Under the pieces are notes generated by a model that saw nothing but the letters and a program-made list of their open reading frames with translations, was not told the origin of the DNA and did no database searches. DNA of 36,425 nt. It comes from Armatimonadota bacterium (lineage in GTDB: Bacteria; Sysuimicrobiota; Sysuimicrobiia; Sysuimicrobiales; Humicultoraceae). Where the stretch lies: contig JBBIOM010000018.1 in the NCBI GenBank assembly GCA_037443365.1, forward strand, positions 1 through 36,425. The letters run 5' to 3'. Below, piece after piece: positions 18,122-27,867 of this stretch (positions are counted from its first letter, which is position 1; each line of letters starts with the position of its first letter). The translations under genes were made by a program, and so were the position numbers.

Positions 18122-19072
18122 TCAGGTCGAGCCGCGCAGGCGCGGGTCTAGGATGTCCCTGAAGGCGTCGCCCAGCAGATTCCAGCCGAGGGTGAAGAGG
18201 AACAACGCGGCGCCGGGGAAGACCACGGTGTACCAGTACTGGAGGGCGTTTCCGGCGCTGCCCAAGATCCAGCTCCGCGAGAGACTGACTATCTGTCCCC
18301 AGTCGGAGTAGCCGACCGGTGCGCCCAGACCGAGGAAGCTCAGCGCCGCCGCGTACACCACGATGCTCCCCATGTCGAGCGTGGAAACAACCAGCACAGG
18401 GTAGATGCTGTTGGGCAGGACGTGGCGGGCGATGATCTTGGGATCGCTGGCGCCGAGCGCCTTGGCCGCCTCCACGAAATCGCGCTCGCGTATCGAGAGG
18501 ACCTCGCCGCGCAGCAACCGGGCGTAGCCGGGCCAGCTCACCAGGGCCAGGGCGATCATCACCCTCTCCAGGCCCGGACCCAGAATCGCCACCACCACCA
18601 CGGCGAGGATCAGGCCTGGAAAGGCCAGGAAGACGTCCACGATGCGCATCAGGGTCTCGTCGAGCCGGCCGCCGTAGTAGCCCGAGATGCCGCCCAGCAC
18701 GATCCCGATGGTGACCGCGGTCGCCACGACCACCAGCCCGACGCGGAAGGCGGTGCGCGCGCCCCAGACCAAACCGTAGAAGATGTCGAACGCCTGCTCG
18801 GTCGTGCCGAGGGGGTGCCCTGGGCGCGGCGGCTGCGGATCCGGGCTGTAGCCCTCGTGGGGCATCATGTAGGGATCTCTGGCCCCCTCCTTCGGAGGCG
18901 CGATGACCGGCGCCAGCAGCGCGGTCAGCACGAAGGCCACGATGATGGCCAGCCCCAGCATGGACAGGGGATTGCGCCGCAGCCTGCGCCAGGCCAGCTG
19001 CGAGGAGCCCAGCGTCCTGGGCTGGGAGGGCCGCTCCAGGGCGGCTCCGCGGGGCGCTGTGTCGGTCGTCAT
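18122..19072 (-). CDS. Peptide ABC transporter permease, DppC/OppC family
   Basis: WRRLRRN, HPLGTT, DFVEAAKALGAS, HVLPN, GDAFRDILDPR. Confidence 0.93.
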   Translation of the reverse strand: MTTDTAPRGAALERPSQPRTLGSSQLAWRRLRRNPLSMLGLAIIVAFVLTALLAPVIAPPKEGARDPYMMPHEGYSPDPQPPRPGHPLGTTEQAFDIFYGLVWGARTAFRVGLVVVATAVTIGIVLGGISGYYGGRLDETLMRIVDVFLAFPGLILAVVVVAILGPGLERVMIALALVSWPGYARLLRGEVLSIRERDFVEAAKALGASDPKIIARHVLPNSIYPVLVVSTLDMGSIVVYAAALSFLGLGAPVGYSDWGQIVSLSRSWILGSAGNALQYWYTVVFPGAALFLFTLGWNLLGDAFRDILDPRLRGST

Positions 19073-20094
19073 CGCAGCCGGATGCGCGGGTCAATCACCG
19101 CGTAGAGGACATCAGCGGTCAGGTTGCCCAGGACCAGCAGCAGCGCGTTGAACAGGGCAAACCCCGCCACCGCGGCCGCGTCGAGCTGGATCGCGGCGGT
19201 CACGCCCCATAGCCCTATGCCAGGATAGCCGTAGACGGTCTCCGTGATGGCCACGCCGTTCAGGAGTCCCACGAACAGCAGGGCGGAGAGCGTCACCACC
19301 GGGATCATGGCGTTCTTGCGGGCGTGCTTGTTCACCACCACGGTGCTCTCCAGCCCCTTCGCCCGCGCGGTCCTCACGTAGTCCTGCCGGAGCGTCTCCA
19401 GCATCGAGGAGCGTGTCACGCGCACGAGCGTCGCGCAGCTGACCAGGCTGAGGGTCGTCACGGGCAGGGCGAGATGGCGCAGGGCGTCCACGAAGATCCA
19501 TATCTGCCCGTTCAGCAGGGAATCAACGGTCACCAGGCCGGTGTACGAGCGGAACTTCGGAGAGAGCACGTACATGCTGGGCTCGAGCGACAGGCGGCCC
19601 GGCGGGAAGAGCTGCCAGGCCCCATAGAACGCCATCAGCAGCAGCAATCCCCAGACAAAGGTGGGCATCGAGGTGCCGCTGATGGAGAAGAACCGCGAAA
19701 GGTGGTCAATGACGCGGTCACGGTTCACCGCGGATACGGTTCCCAGCCAGATGCCGATGATGATGATGGGCATCACCGCGAACAGGGTCAGTTCCAGGGT
19801 CGCGGGAAAGAAGGTCCGGATCGCCTTTGCCACAGGCATCTTGGCGGTTTCCGACCATCCCAGGTCGCCCCTTACCACCCGGCCCAACCACCCCACGTAC
19901 TGCTTGTGGAAAGGCTCGTCCAGGCCGTGCGTGCGAATGATGTCGTCTATGGCGCGCAGCTGGCGGGGATCGGTCACGTAGAGCGCGGCCCGCATCTGCG
20001 GCGAGAGCATCTGCAGCAGCCCGAATATGAGCAGGGTTACCCCAAGGGCGACAAAGGGCAGGAGCAGCAACCGCCGGAGGACAAACGCCGTCAT
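19069..20094 (-). CDS. Peptide ABC transporter permease, DppB/OppB family
   Basis: Start set to ATG 20094 (MTAFVLRRLL); GLDEP, GDLGWS, PATLEL, QDYVRTARAKG, DPRIR. Confidence 0.92.
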   Translation of the reverse strand: MTAFVLRRLLLLPFVALGVTLLIFGLLQMLSPQMRAALYVTDPRQLRAIDDIIRTHGLDEPFHKQYVGWLGRVVRGDLGWSETAKMPVAKAIRTFFPATLELTLFAVMPIIIIGIWLGTVSAVNRDRVIDHLSRFFSISGTSMPTFVWGLLLLMAFYGAWQLFPPGRLSLEPSMYVLSPKFRSYTGLVTVDSLLNGQIWIFVDALRHLALPVTTLSLVSCATLVRVTRSSMLETLRQDYVRTARAKGLESTVVVNKHARKNAMIPVVTLSALLFVGLLNGVAITETVYGYPGIGLWGVTAAIQLDAAAVAGFALFNALLLVLGNLTADVLYAVIDPRIRLR

Positions 20095-20104
20095 ACAGAA
20101 CCCG

Positions 20105-20143
20105 CACGGGGGATCGGGAGGGGGTCCCCTCCCGATCCCCGTG
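20105..20143 (-). other. Strong intergenic stem-loop between binding-protein stop and permease start
   Basis: Minus strand CACGGGGATCGGGAGGG-GACC-CCCTCCCGATCCCCCGTG; at least 14 bp stem, no U-tract. Confidence 0.75.
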
Positions 20144-20151
20144 GGCAATGG

Positions 20152-21915
20152 CTATCCCTTGAAGATCGTGTAGTAGTAGGTCCCGGGGAACACGGGGTTG
20201 TTGTACCAGCCCCGGACCCAGGAGCGCTGCACGCGGAAGACCACCTGGTGGACCGGTGAGACCGACGGCGCCAGCTCGAAGAACTTCTGGTTGATCTGGA
20301 AGTAGAGCTTCTGCCGCTTGTCGCGGTCCGTCTCCTTGATCGCCGCCGTGACCATGCGGTCAAGTTCGTCGTTCTTGAACCGCTGGCCCTTGGGGAAGGT
20401 CCCGTCGCTGTGCAGGAAGTGGAAGGCGAAGTTGTGCGGATCCGGGTAGTCGGCCACCCAGCCGACCCAGAAGACCGGCAGCTTCCCGTCGTTCATCGCC
20501 GCCAGGTACGAGGCCCAGGTGATGCCGCGCACGTCCAGCCGGAACTTGGGGTTCAGCGCCTCGACCCCGTCCTTGAGGATGCGCGCGCCCACCTCGCGAA
20601 CGACGTTGCCCGTGTTGTACAGCACGGTGGCCCGGAAGCCCCGCTCCCACACCTGGCCGCCCCATGCCTCCCGGAGCTCGGCGATGGCCTTCTCCCGGCT
20701 GAAGCTGAAGTACTCCGCGTTGGGGTTGAAGCCCAGCATGCCGGGCGGGATCACACCCTTGGGCAGGGTTCCCTGGTTGCGGAAGGCGTCGCGAAGGAAC
20801 GTCGCGTAGTCAAACGCGTAGGCGAACCCGCGCCGGACGCGGACGTCCGAGAAGAAGTTGGCAGGGATCCCGGCCCCGTCCAGCCGCCCGCTCCCCACGT
20901 CGGGGTTGCCGCGGGTGTCAATGTCAACCGTGAAGAAGAAGGCGTCGGCGCGCAGCCAGGGCAGGTTGTCAATCAGCCTGATGTCCGGGTCGCCTTCCAC
21001 CTGCGGCTGCTCGCGCCGGCTGATGGCGATGCTGTCGGCGTCGCCCGCCTTCAGCATGAGCACGCGGGTGGCGGCCTCGTCTATGCTGCGGAAGACCACG
21101 CGGGCCAACCTGGCCGGCGTGCGCCAGTAGCCGTCGTTGCGCACCAGGATGACCTGCTTGCCGGCCCGGTCCCACCGCTCTAGCTTGAACGGCCCGGTGC
21201 CGTTGGCGCGCTCGAAGAAGGCGCTCGACTCTCTCTTGAGGTTGTTGTACTTGGCCATGGTCGCCGCGGTGCCGTCCCAGTCGCCGTTGGCGATCGCCCA
21301 CTTCTTGGAAACCACGTTTGACCACAGCGCCATGATGCTCAGGAACGGGCCGAACGGCTCCTTGAGGGTGACGACCACGCTGTTGCCCTTGACCTGGACG
21401 GCGCGCTGAAGATCATCATACCGCAGCACCAGGTTGCCCTTGTCGTCGCGGGTCTTGGTCATTCCCAGGATCGGCTCGAGCAGGAGCGAGGTGGGTCCGC
21501 CGTCGCGATCAATCATCAGGAATCGCCGCAGGGAGTACGCGGCGTCCTCGGCGGTCATGGGCGTCCCGTCGTGGAACTTCACCCCCTGTCGGATCGGGAA
21601 GGTGTAGGTCCTGCCGTCCGCTGAAACCAGCCCGTTCGCCACGCTGGGCACCGTGGTGGCAAGCCTGGGAACGAAACGATCCACGCGGCCGCCGTCGTAG
21701 AAGATCAGCGGCTCGTAGACGTTGAAGATGATGGTGTGGCTCGACGTGTCGTAGGCCCACGCGTAGTCAAAGGTATCCCAGTCGCCGAAGCTGACCTGGA
21801 TGAAGGTGTCCGGGTTCTTGATCGCCTGCCCCGTGGCGGTTCCTGTCAGCCCCACGAGGGACAGCGAGAGCGTCAACGCGAGCAGGAGCAGCACCTGCCT
21901 CCGCAATCGTCTCAT
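20152..21915 (-). CDS. Family 5 ABC substrate-binding protein
   Basis: Signal peptide ending ATG|Q (Ala-Thr-Gly); YEPLI, GVKFHDGTPMTAED, NGTGPFKL, DVRVRRGFAYAFD, WVADYPDP; SD AGGAGG. Confidence 0.93.
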   Translation of the reverse strand: MRRLRRQVLLLLALTLSLSLVGLTGTATGQAIKNPDTFIQVSFGDWDTFDYAWAYDTSSHTIIFNVYEPLIFYDGGRVDRFVPRLATTVPSVANGLVSADGRTYTFPIRQGVKFHDGTPMTAEDAAYSLRRFLMIDRDGGPTSLLLEPILGMTKTRDDKGNLVLRYDDLQRAVQVKGNSVVVTLKEPFGPFLSIMALWSNVVSKKWAIANGDWDGTAATMAKYNNLKRESSAFFERANGTGPFKLERWDRAGKQVILVRNDGYWRTPARLARVVFRSIDEAATRVLMLKAGDADSIAISRREQPQVEGDPDIRLIDNLPWLRADAFFFTVDIDTRGNPDVGSGRLDGAGIPANFFSDVRVRRGFAYAFDYATFLRDAFRNQGTLPKGVIPPGMLGFNPNAEYFSFSREKAIAELREAWGGQVWERGFRATVLYNTGNVVREVGARILKDGVEALNPKFRLDVRGITWASYLAAMNDGKLPVFWVGWVADYPDPHNFAFHFLHSDGTFPKGQRFKNDELDRMVTAAIKETDRDKRQKLYFQINQKFFELAPSVSPVHQVVFRVQRSWVRGWYNNPVFPGTYYYTIFKG

Positions 21916-22040
21916 CTGTCATCCTCCTATCGGTCTATCTCTCTTGCGTATCCGCTTGGCCTACCGCATCGCCCGACCTGCACAACGCCGCACGCCCACC
22001 GCGCTCCGCGGGCGGGCGGGGCGATGGGCCAGGAGGGCGG

Positions 22041-23075
22041 CTATGTGGCTGTGGCCTTGAGCACGGCCGCCCTGCTGCGCTGGTGCTTGAACGGCTGAAC
22101 CGGACACGCCACATAATGCCCATCCGCAACGTCCACCATCGGTGGTTCGTTCACACGGCAGGACTCAACGGCGTAGAGGCACCGCGTATGGAAGCGGCAG
22201 CCGCTGGGCGGGTTGACCGGGCTGGGCACGTCGCCGGGCAGGATGATCCGCTCACGGCGCATCCCGGGGTCGGGAATCGGCACGGCCGACAAGAGGGCCT
22301 CGGTGTAGGGGTGCTGAGGGTTGGCGAAGAGTTCTTCGGCCGGGGAGACCTCCACGATCTTGCCCAGGTACATCACTGCGATCCGGTCGCTAATGTGCTT
22401 CACGACCGACAGGTCGTGGGCGATGAACAGGTAGGTGAGGCCGAACTCCTTCTGCAGTTCCTCGAGGAGGTTCAGAACCTGCGCCTGGATCGAGACGTCG
22501 AGCGCGGAGACCGGCTCGTCACAGATGATGAGCTTGGGGTTGACCGCCAGCGCCCGGGCGATGCCGATCCGCTGCCGCTGCCCTCCGCTGAACTCGTGCG
22601 GGTAGCGGTTGGCGTGGTAGGGCGACAGGCCGACCACCTCGAGCAGTTCCTGTACCCTGCGCACCTTCTCCTTGCCCCGCGCCAGGTTGTGGATCTCGAG
22701 CGGCTCGCCGATGATGTCGCCGACGGTCATGCGGGGGTTGAGCGACGAGTAGGGGTCCTGGAAGATGATCTGCAGGTCGCGCCGCATGCGACGCAGGTCC
22801 TCCTTGCCGAGCGCGAAGATGCTACGGCCTTCGAACACCGCCTCGCCGGCGGTGGGCTCCATGAGCCGCAGGATGACCCGGCCGGTTGTCGTCTTGCCGC
22901 AGCCGGACTCACCCACGAGCCCGAGCGTCTCGCCCCTGCGGATGAAGAACGAGATGTCATCCACGGCCTTGACGGCCCCGACCTCTTTCTGGAAGATGAA
23001 CCCCTTTGTGATGGGGAAGTACTTGCGGAGGTTGCGCACCTCCAGGATGGTGTCGCTCAACGTCCCAGTAGCCAC
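22041..23075 (-). CDS. oppF: Oligopeptide ABC transporter ATP-binding protein OppF/DppF
   Basis: Walker [42 protein letters not shown]-terminal GCRFHTRC...C...C. Confidence 0.95.
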   Translation of the reverse strand: MATGTLSDTILEVRNLRKYFPITKGFIFQKEVGAVKAVDDISFFIRRGETLGLVGESGCGKTTTGRVILRLMEPTAGEAVFEGRSIFALGKEDLRRMRRDLQIIFQDPYSSLNPRMTVGDIIGEPLEIHNLARGKEKVRRVQELLEVVGLSPYHANRYPHEFSGGQRQRIGIARALAVNPKLIICDEPVSALDVSIQAQVLNLLEELQKEFGLTYLFIAHDLSVVKHISDRIAVMYLGKIVEVSPAEELFANPQHPYTEALLSAVPIPDPGMRRERIILPGDVPSPVNPPSGCRFHTRCLYAVESCRVNEPPMVDVADGHYVACPVQPFKHQRSRAAVLKATAT

Positions 23076-23085
23076 AGTCTACCTC

Positions 23086-24123
23086 CTACGCGCTCCGCAT
23101 CGAGGCCAGCAACCCCGCCGCCTCGGCCGCCCGCTTCTCTTCCCCTGTCGCGTGATCCGTGTACAGATAGCACTTCGCGTAGTGCCCAACCTGGATATCC
23201 ACTTCGGGCGGGTCCTTCTGAACGCAGATCTCCATGGCGAACTGGCACCTGGGCGCGAAGGGGCAACCCTCGGGAAGGTCAATCAGGCTGGGCGGCTGGC
23301 CCTCGATGGGAATCAACCGCTCCTTGCGCTCGTGCAGCTTCGGGATCGAGTGCAGCAGACCCCACGTATAGGGGTGCTTTGGGTCCCGGAAGGTGCGCCT
23401 GACGTCGGCGTGCTCCACCGGCTTCCCGGCGTACATCACCACGACGTCGTCGGTCATCTCGGCCACGACGCCCAGGTTGTGGGTGATGATGATCACCGAC
23501 ATGTGGAACTCCTGCTGGAGTTCGCGGATGAGATCCAGGATCTGCGCCTGGATCGTGACGTCCAGCGCCGTCGTGGGCTCGTCGGCAATCAGGATCGAGG
23601 GGTTGCACGACAGCGCCATGGCGATCATGACGCGCTGCCGCATGCCCCCGCTGAACTGGTGCGGGTAGTCCTTCACACGCTCGCGCGCCAGCGGGATCTT
23701 GACCCGCTCGAGCATCTCCGCGGCGCGGTCCCATGCGGTCTTCTTGTCGAGCTTCTGGTGGAGAATGACCGCCTCGGCGATCTGCTCTCCGATGGTCAGA
23801 ACGGGGTTCAGCGACGTCATGGGTTCCTGAAAGATCATGGCGATCCGGTTGCCCCGAATGTGCCGCATCTCCTCGTCTGAGAGCGTCAGCAGGTTGCGGC
23901 CCTCGAACCAGATCTCGCCGCTCACGATCTTGCCAGGCGGGGTGGGAATGAGCCGCATGACCGACAGCGCGTGGACGCTCTTGCCGCATCCCGACTCGCC
24001 CACGATCCCCAGCGTCCCTCCCCTCGCCAGGTCGTAGGTGAGCCCATCCACGGCCCGCACCACGCCCTCATCGGTCTGGAAGTAGGTCCTCAGATCCTTG
24101 ACTGATAGAAGCGGCTCTGCCAC
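23086..24123 (-). CDS. oppD: Oligopeptide ABC transporter ATP-binding protein OppD/DppD
   Basis: [51 protein letters not shown] 24123 follows SD GAGGTGAGG. Confidence 0.95.
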   Translation of the reverse strand: MAEPLLSVKDLRTYFQTDEGVVRAVDGLTYDLARGGTLGIVGESGCGKSVHALSVMRLIPTPPGKIVSGEIWFEGRNLLTLSDEEMRHIRGNRIAMIFQEPMTSLNPVLTIGEQIAEAVILHQKLDKKTAWDRAAEMLERVKIPLARERVKDYPHQFSGGMRQRVMIAMALSCNPSILIADEPTTALDVTIQAQILDLIRELQQEFHMSVIIITHNLGVVAEMTDDVVVMYAGKPVEHADVRRTFRDPKHPYTWGLLHSIPKLHERKERLIPIEGQPPSLIDLPEGCPFAPRCQFAMEICVQKDPPEVDIQVGHYAKCYLYTDHATGEEKRAAEAAGLLASMRSA

Positions 24124-24196
24124 ACGCCTCACCTCTCCATGGTCTTCCAGAATCTTCTCTGCCGGCCGGGCGTATCCTGCTCCCGGCCTCGGACGG

Positions 24197-25867
24197 CTAC
24201 TGCTCTCCCCACTGCCACTGCCAGATGTTCCAGGGCAGGTAGTACGTCCCCAGCCCCACCGGCTTGACGTTCCTCATGGCCTTGGGGAAGGTGGTCAGGT
24301 CGAGCCGGAAGTACAGCGACAGGCTGGGCAGCTCCTCCGCGAAGATCTCCTGTTGCTTGCGCAGCAGCGCGGTGCGCTTCTCCACGTCCAGCTCGGCGAT
24401 TATCTGGTCCCAGATCCTGTCGTTCTCTTCATGGCGCCAGCCCACGCGGTTGTTGCCCGACCAGTTGTTGGCGAGCGTCGGGATGCCGATACTGTGGAAC
24501 CTGTCGTGGGGCACCGACTCCGGGGTGAACAGGCTGGCGTACATGGCCATGTGCGGGAACTGCCGCCGGGTCGTGTAGGTGCCAAAGAACACCGAGGCCG
24601 GCCGATTGCTGATGCGCACGTCAATGCCGACCTGGCGGAGCTGCTCCTTGATAATCTGCTGGATCTGCTCGCGGATGGCGTTGCCGGCCGTGGTGGAGAT
24701 CTCCATCTCCACGCGCTTCCCGGCGGCGTCGCGCAGGAAGCCATCCGGGCCGGGCCGGAATCCCGCCTCGGCCAACAGCGCCCGCGCCCGCGCCGGGTCG
24801 GGGTCGTATTTCTTCACGTTGGGGTTGGCCGCGGGATGCCCGGGCGCCATCCACGAGTTCGCCACCGGCTGCCGGCCGCCGGCACACGAAACCTCGGCGA
24901 TCGCCTTGCGGTCGAGCGCGAATGCGATCGCCTGGCGCACGCGCTTGTCCTTCAGCCATGGGTCATCCAGGTTGAAGTCAATCCGCTCCCAGACCATGGC
25001 CTCGCGGTAGTGGGTTTTCACCCGAGGCGCCCGTTCCGCGATCTGCTCCATCTGCATGCAGGAGAAGTTGCTGATCTCGGTGGCGTCCACGCCGCCCGAG
25101 ATCGCGTTGGCCTGCAGCACCGTGCTGTCCAGGATGAACCGGACGGTCAACTTCTTGATCGCCGGCGCGCCCAGGGGCCACTTCTCGTGGGCCTCGAAGC
25201 TCATGTGGCTGCCCGCCACCCACTCGGTTATGCGGTAGGGCCCGTTCGCAACCGGCAGCCGGAAGTACGGCTCGGCCCGCAGGTTGGCCGGGTTCGCCAG
25301 ATAGGGCCGCTCCAGGACGTGCCGCGGCAAGGCGTAGGGCTGGCCGAACGGCTCGCTGCCGGCGAACGGCCAGAGCTCGTTCCACTGGACAACCATCTCG
25401 TAGGGATCGTTCATGTTGGTGACCAGGATGTTGTCCACCTTGTTCACCACGAACCGGGCGGTCGAGGGCGTGCGCGGGTTGCGCAGCATGCCGTAGGTGA
25501 ACCGCCAGTCCAGCGCGGTGACCGGCTTGCCGTCGTGCCAGGTGAAGCCGCGCTTGAGCTTCCAGGTGACCTTCATCTTGTTGCCGGGAAGCACCACCCA
25601 GTCGCCGTCCTTCAGCGTCGGGAGCTTCTCGGCCATGATGGGAATCCGCTGCCACTTCTCGTTGAACGGCGCGGCGTACCCGAAGATGATGTTGTGGATA
25701 ACGCCGGTTGCGGCCATGATCGAGAACGGACCGATGATGTCCGGCTCCTGGGCCATGCCGATGATCACGCTGTCGCGCCGCTGCGCGACGGCCGCGGGCG
25801 CAGCCGCGGACAGGACCAGGCCGACTACAAGGAGGAGTACAGTCCCACGCACCAGTCTGTGCCTCAT
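24197..25867 (-). CDS. Family 5 ABC substrate-binding protein (peptide-binding)
   Basis: Start set to ATG 25867 (SD GAAGGGGG; signal peptide ending AVA|Q); QEPD, TWHDGKPVTALD, NGPYRI, DKRVRQAIA. Confidence 0.92.
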   Translation of the reverse strand: MRHRLVRGTVLLLVVGLVLSAAAPAAVAQRRDSVIIGMAQEPDIIGPFSIMAATGVIHNIIFGYAAPFNEKWQRIPIMAEKLPTLKDGDWVVLPGNKMKVTWKLKRGFTWHDGKPVTALDWRFTYGMLRNPRTPSTARFVVNKVDNILVTNMNDPYEMVVQWNELWPFAGSEPFGQPYALPRHVLERPYLANPANLRAEPYFRLPVANGPYRITEWVAGSHMSFEAHEKWPLGAPAIKKLTVRFILDSTVLQANAISGGVDATEISNFSCMQMEQIAERAPRVKTHYREAMVWERIDFNLDDPWLKDKRVRQAIAFALDRKAIAEVSCAGGRQPVANSWMAPGHPAANPNVKKYDPDPARARALLAEAGFRPGPDGFLRDAAGKRVEMEISTTAGNAIREQIQQIIKEQLRQVGIDVRISNRPASVFFGTYTTRRQFPHMAMYASLFTPESVPHDRFHSIGIPTLANNWSGNNRVGWRHEENDRIWDQIIAELDVEKRTALLRKQQEIFAEELPSLSLYFRLDLTTFPKAMRNVKPVGLGTYYLPWNIWQWQWGEQ

Positions 25868-25887
25868 GTCAAACCCCCCTTCTATGC

Positions 25888-26814
25888 CTATGTCTTGAGC
25901 CTGGGGTCGAGCGCGTCGCGCAGCCCGTCCCCCAGGAAGTTGAACGACAAGACCGTGATGAAGATGAACACCCCCGGGAACACGGCCAGCCACGACGCCT
26001 TCAGCAGGTACTCCTGGGCGCGCTGCAGCATGTTGCCCCACGACGGTATCGGCGGCTGGATCCCCAACCCCAGGTACGAGAGGCCCGACTCCGACAGGAT
26101 GGCGGTCCCCACCGTCAGCGTCGCGGCCACGATGACCGGCGCCAGCGCGTTGGGGATCAGGTGCCGCAGTATCAGGCGCGCCTCAGAGGCGCCCATCGCG
26201 CGTCCCGCCTCCACGAAGTCCTGGCCCTTGAGTGACAGGATCTGACCCCGCACCAGCCGCGCCACGGTCGTCCAGCCGAACATCGTGAAGATCAGCACGA
26301 TCCTGCCCACCCCGCCGCCGGGTATGAGCGCGGCCAGGATGAGATAGAGGGGCAGGAGCGGAATCGCGATCAACATGTCCACCAGGCGCATCAGCACGCT
26401 GTCCACCCACCCGCCGTAGAAGCCGGCGACCGCTCCGACGAGCGAGCCCGTTATCGAGATCGAGACAGCGGTCACATATCCCACCACGAGCGAGATGCGC
26501 CCGGCATACATGATGCGCGTCAGCACGTCGCGCCCCAACTCATCGGTCCCGAAGGCGTTTCCGGTCAGCCGGGGATGGGTCCAGCGCGCGTTCAGGTCGA
26601 TGCGGTCAAAGGAGTGAGGCGCGATCCAGGGCGCCAGCACCGCCATGAGCGTCAACAGGATGCACGCGGTGCCTCCGAGCATGGCCAGCCGGTGCTTCAG
26701 GAAGCGCCGCCAGGCTATCTGCCAGTACGATTGGCCCACGGCATATCCTGCGGCCTGCTTCCGGCGCTGCTCGAGTTCCAACGCCAGCTCTCGTTGCGCC
26801 GATTCACCCGGCAT
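25888..26814 (-). CDS. Oligopeptide ABC transporter permease, OppC family
   Basis: WRRFLKHRLA, FGTDELGRD, DFVEAGRAMGAS, HLIPN, PSWGNML, GDGLRDALDPR. Confidence 0.94.
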   Translation of the reverse strand: MPGESAQRELALELEQRRKQAAGYAVGQSYWQIAWRRFLKHRLAMLGGTACILLTLMAVLAPWIAPHSFDRIDLNARWTHPRLTGNAFGTDELGRDVLTRIMYAGRISLVVGYVTAVSISITGSLVGAVAGFYGGWVDSVLMRLVDMLIAIPLLPLYLILAALIPGGGVGRIVLIFTMFGWTTVARLVRGQILSLKGQDFVEAGRAMGASEARLILRHLIPNALAPVIVAATLTVGTAILSESGLSYLGLGIQPPIPSWGNMLQRAQEYLLKASWLAVFPGVFIFITVLSFNFLGDGLRDALDPRLKT

Positions 26815-26834
26815 GAGTCTGCCCCCAACCCGGA

Positions 26835-27800
26835 TTAGTCATAGCGAATGCGCGGATCCGCCAGCCCGTAGGCGAGATCCGCGAGTAGATTGCAGATCAC
26901 CGTCATCAATGCCAGGAACAGCAGGACGGCCATCGCCACGTTGTAGTCGTGCCCGAGCACCGCTTGGAAGAGCAACAGCCCCATCCCTGGCCACGAGAAG
27001 ACGGTCTCGGTCAGCACGGCCCCGTTCAGGATCCCGGGAATCGAGAGGGCAATCAGCGTGATGATCGGGATCAGGGCGTTGCGCAGGGCGTGACGGTTGA
27101 TGACAACGCGCTCGGGATTCCCCTTGGCGCGCGCGGTGCGCACGTAGTCCTGCCTGACCACCTCGAGCATGCTGCTGCGCATGTAGCGCGTCCACGAGGC
27201 CATGCCGCTCGTGGCCAGCACCGACACCGGCAGCACCAGATGCCAGAGCCGGTCCCAGAACATGGGCCAGCCGGACGCCACGCCGGGGGTCATCATGCCG
27301 CCGGCCGGAAACCACGGCAGCCACACCGCGAAGATGAGGATGAAGACTATGCCCTGCCAGAACACGGGCATGGCCAGGCCGGCGAACGCGGCCACCGTCA
27401 CCGTGTAGTCCGCGGCCGAGTACTGGTGCAGGGCCGAGTAGATGCCCGCGGTAATGCCCACCGTGAAGGCCACCCCGACCGAGGTGGCCAGGAGCGTCAG
27501 GGTATTGCGCAGCCGGTCCACGACGAGCCTGGTCACGGGCGTCCCGTAGGTCCGGGAGTAGCCGAGATCGCCCTTGAGCACCGAGCGCATCCACTTGAAG
27601 TAGCGCACGTATATCGGGTCGTCCAGCCCGTAGTACTGCCGGAGCATGGCCACGTCTTCGGGCCGTATGTCCGGGTTGCTGGCGGCCATGAGCTCCACCG
27701 GATCCCCCGGCGTCAGCACGAGCAACGTGAACATGAGGATCGACAGGCCGATCAAGATGACGACCCCGTGAACCAGCCGGCGCGCAAGAAATCGCTGCAT
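26835..27800 (-). CDS. Oligopeptide ABC transporter permease, OppB family
   Basis: ATG 27800 with SD GGAGG; PGDPV, YGLDDP, GDLGYS, QDYVRTARAKG, HALRNALIP, DPRIRYD. Confidence 0.94.
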   Translation of the reverse strand: MQRFLARRLVHGVVILIGLSILMFTLLVLTPGDPVELMAASNPDIRPEDVAMLRQYYGLDDPIYVRYFKWMRSVLKGDLGYSRTYGTPVTRLVVDRLRNTLTLLATSVGVAFTVGITAGIYSALHQYSAADYTVTVAAFAGLAMPVFWQGIVFILIFAVWLPWFPAGGMMTPGVASGWPMFWDRLWHLVLPVSVLATSGMASWTRYMRSSMLEVVRQDYVRTARAKGNPERVVINRHALRNALIPIITLIALSIPGILNGAVLTETVFSWPGMGLLLFQAVLGHDYNVAMAVLLFLALMTVICNLLADLAYGLADPRIRYD

Positions 27801-27817
27801 CGCCACCCTCCGAACCG

Positions 27818-27857
27818 AGGGGGGTGGGTGTCCCCACCCCCCTTTGCCGATATCGGC
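27818..27857 (-). other. Intergenic stem-loop plus 12-bp palindrome between binding-protein and permease genes
   Basis: Plus strand AGGGGGGTGGG-TGTC-CCCACCCCCCT (27818-27843) and GCCGATATCGGC (27846-27857). Confidence 0.7.
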
Positions 27858-27867
27858 GTGCCCTAGA

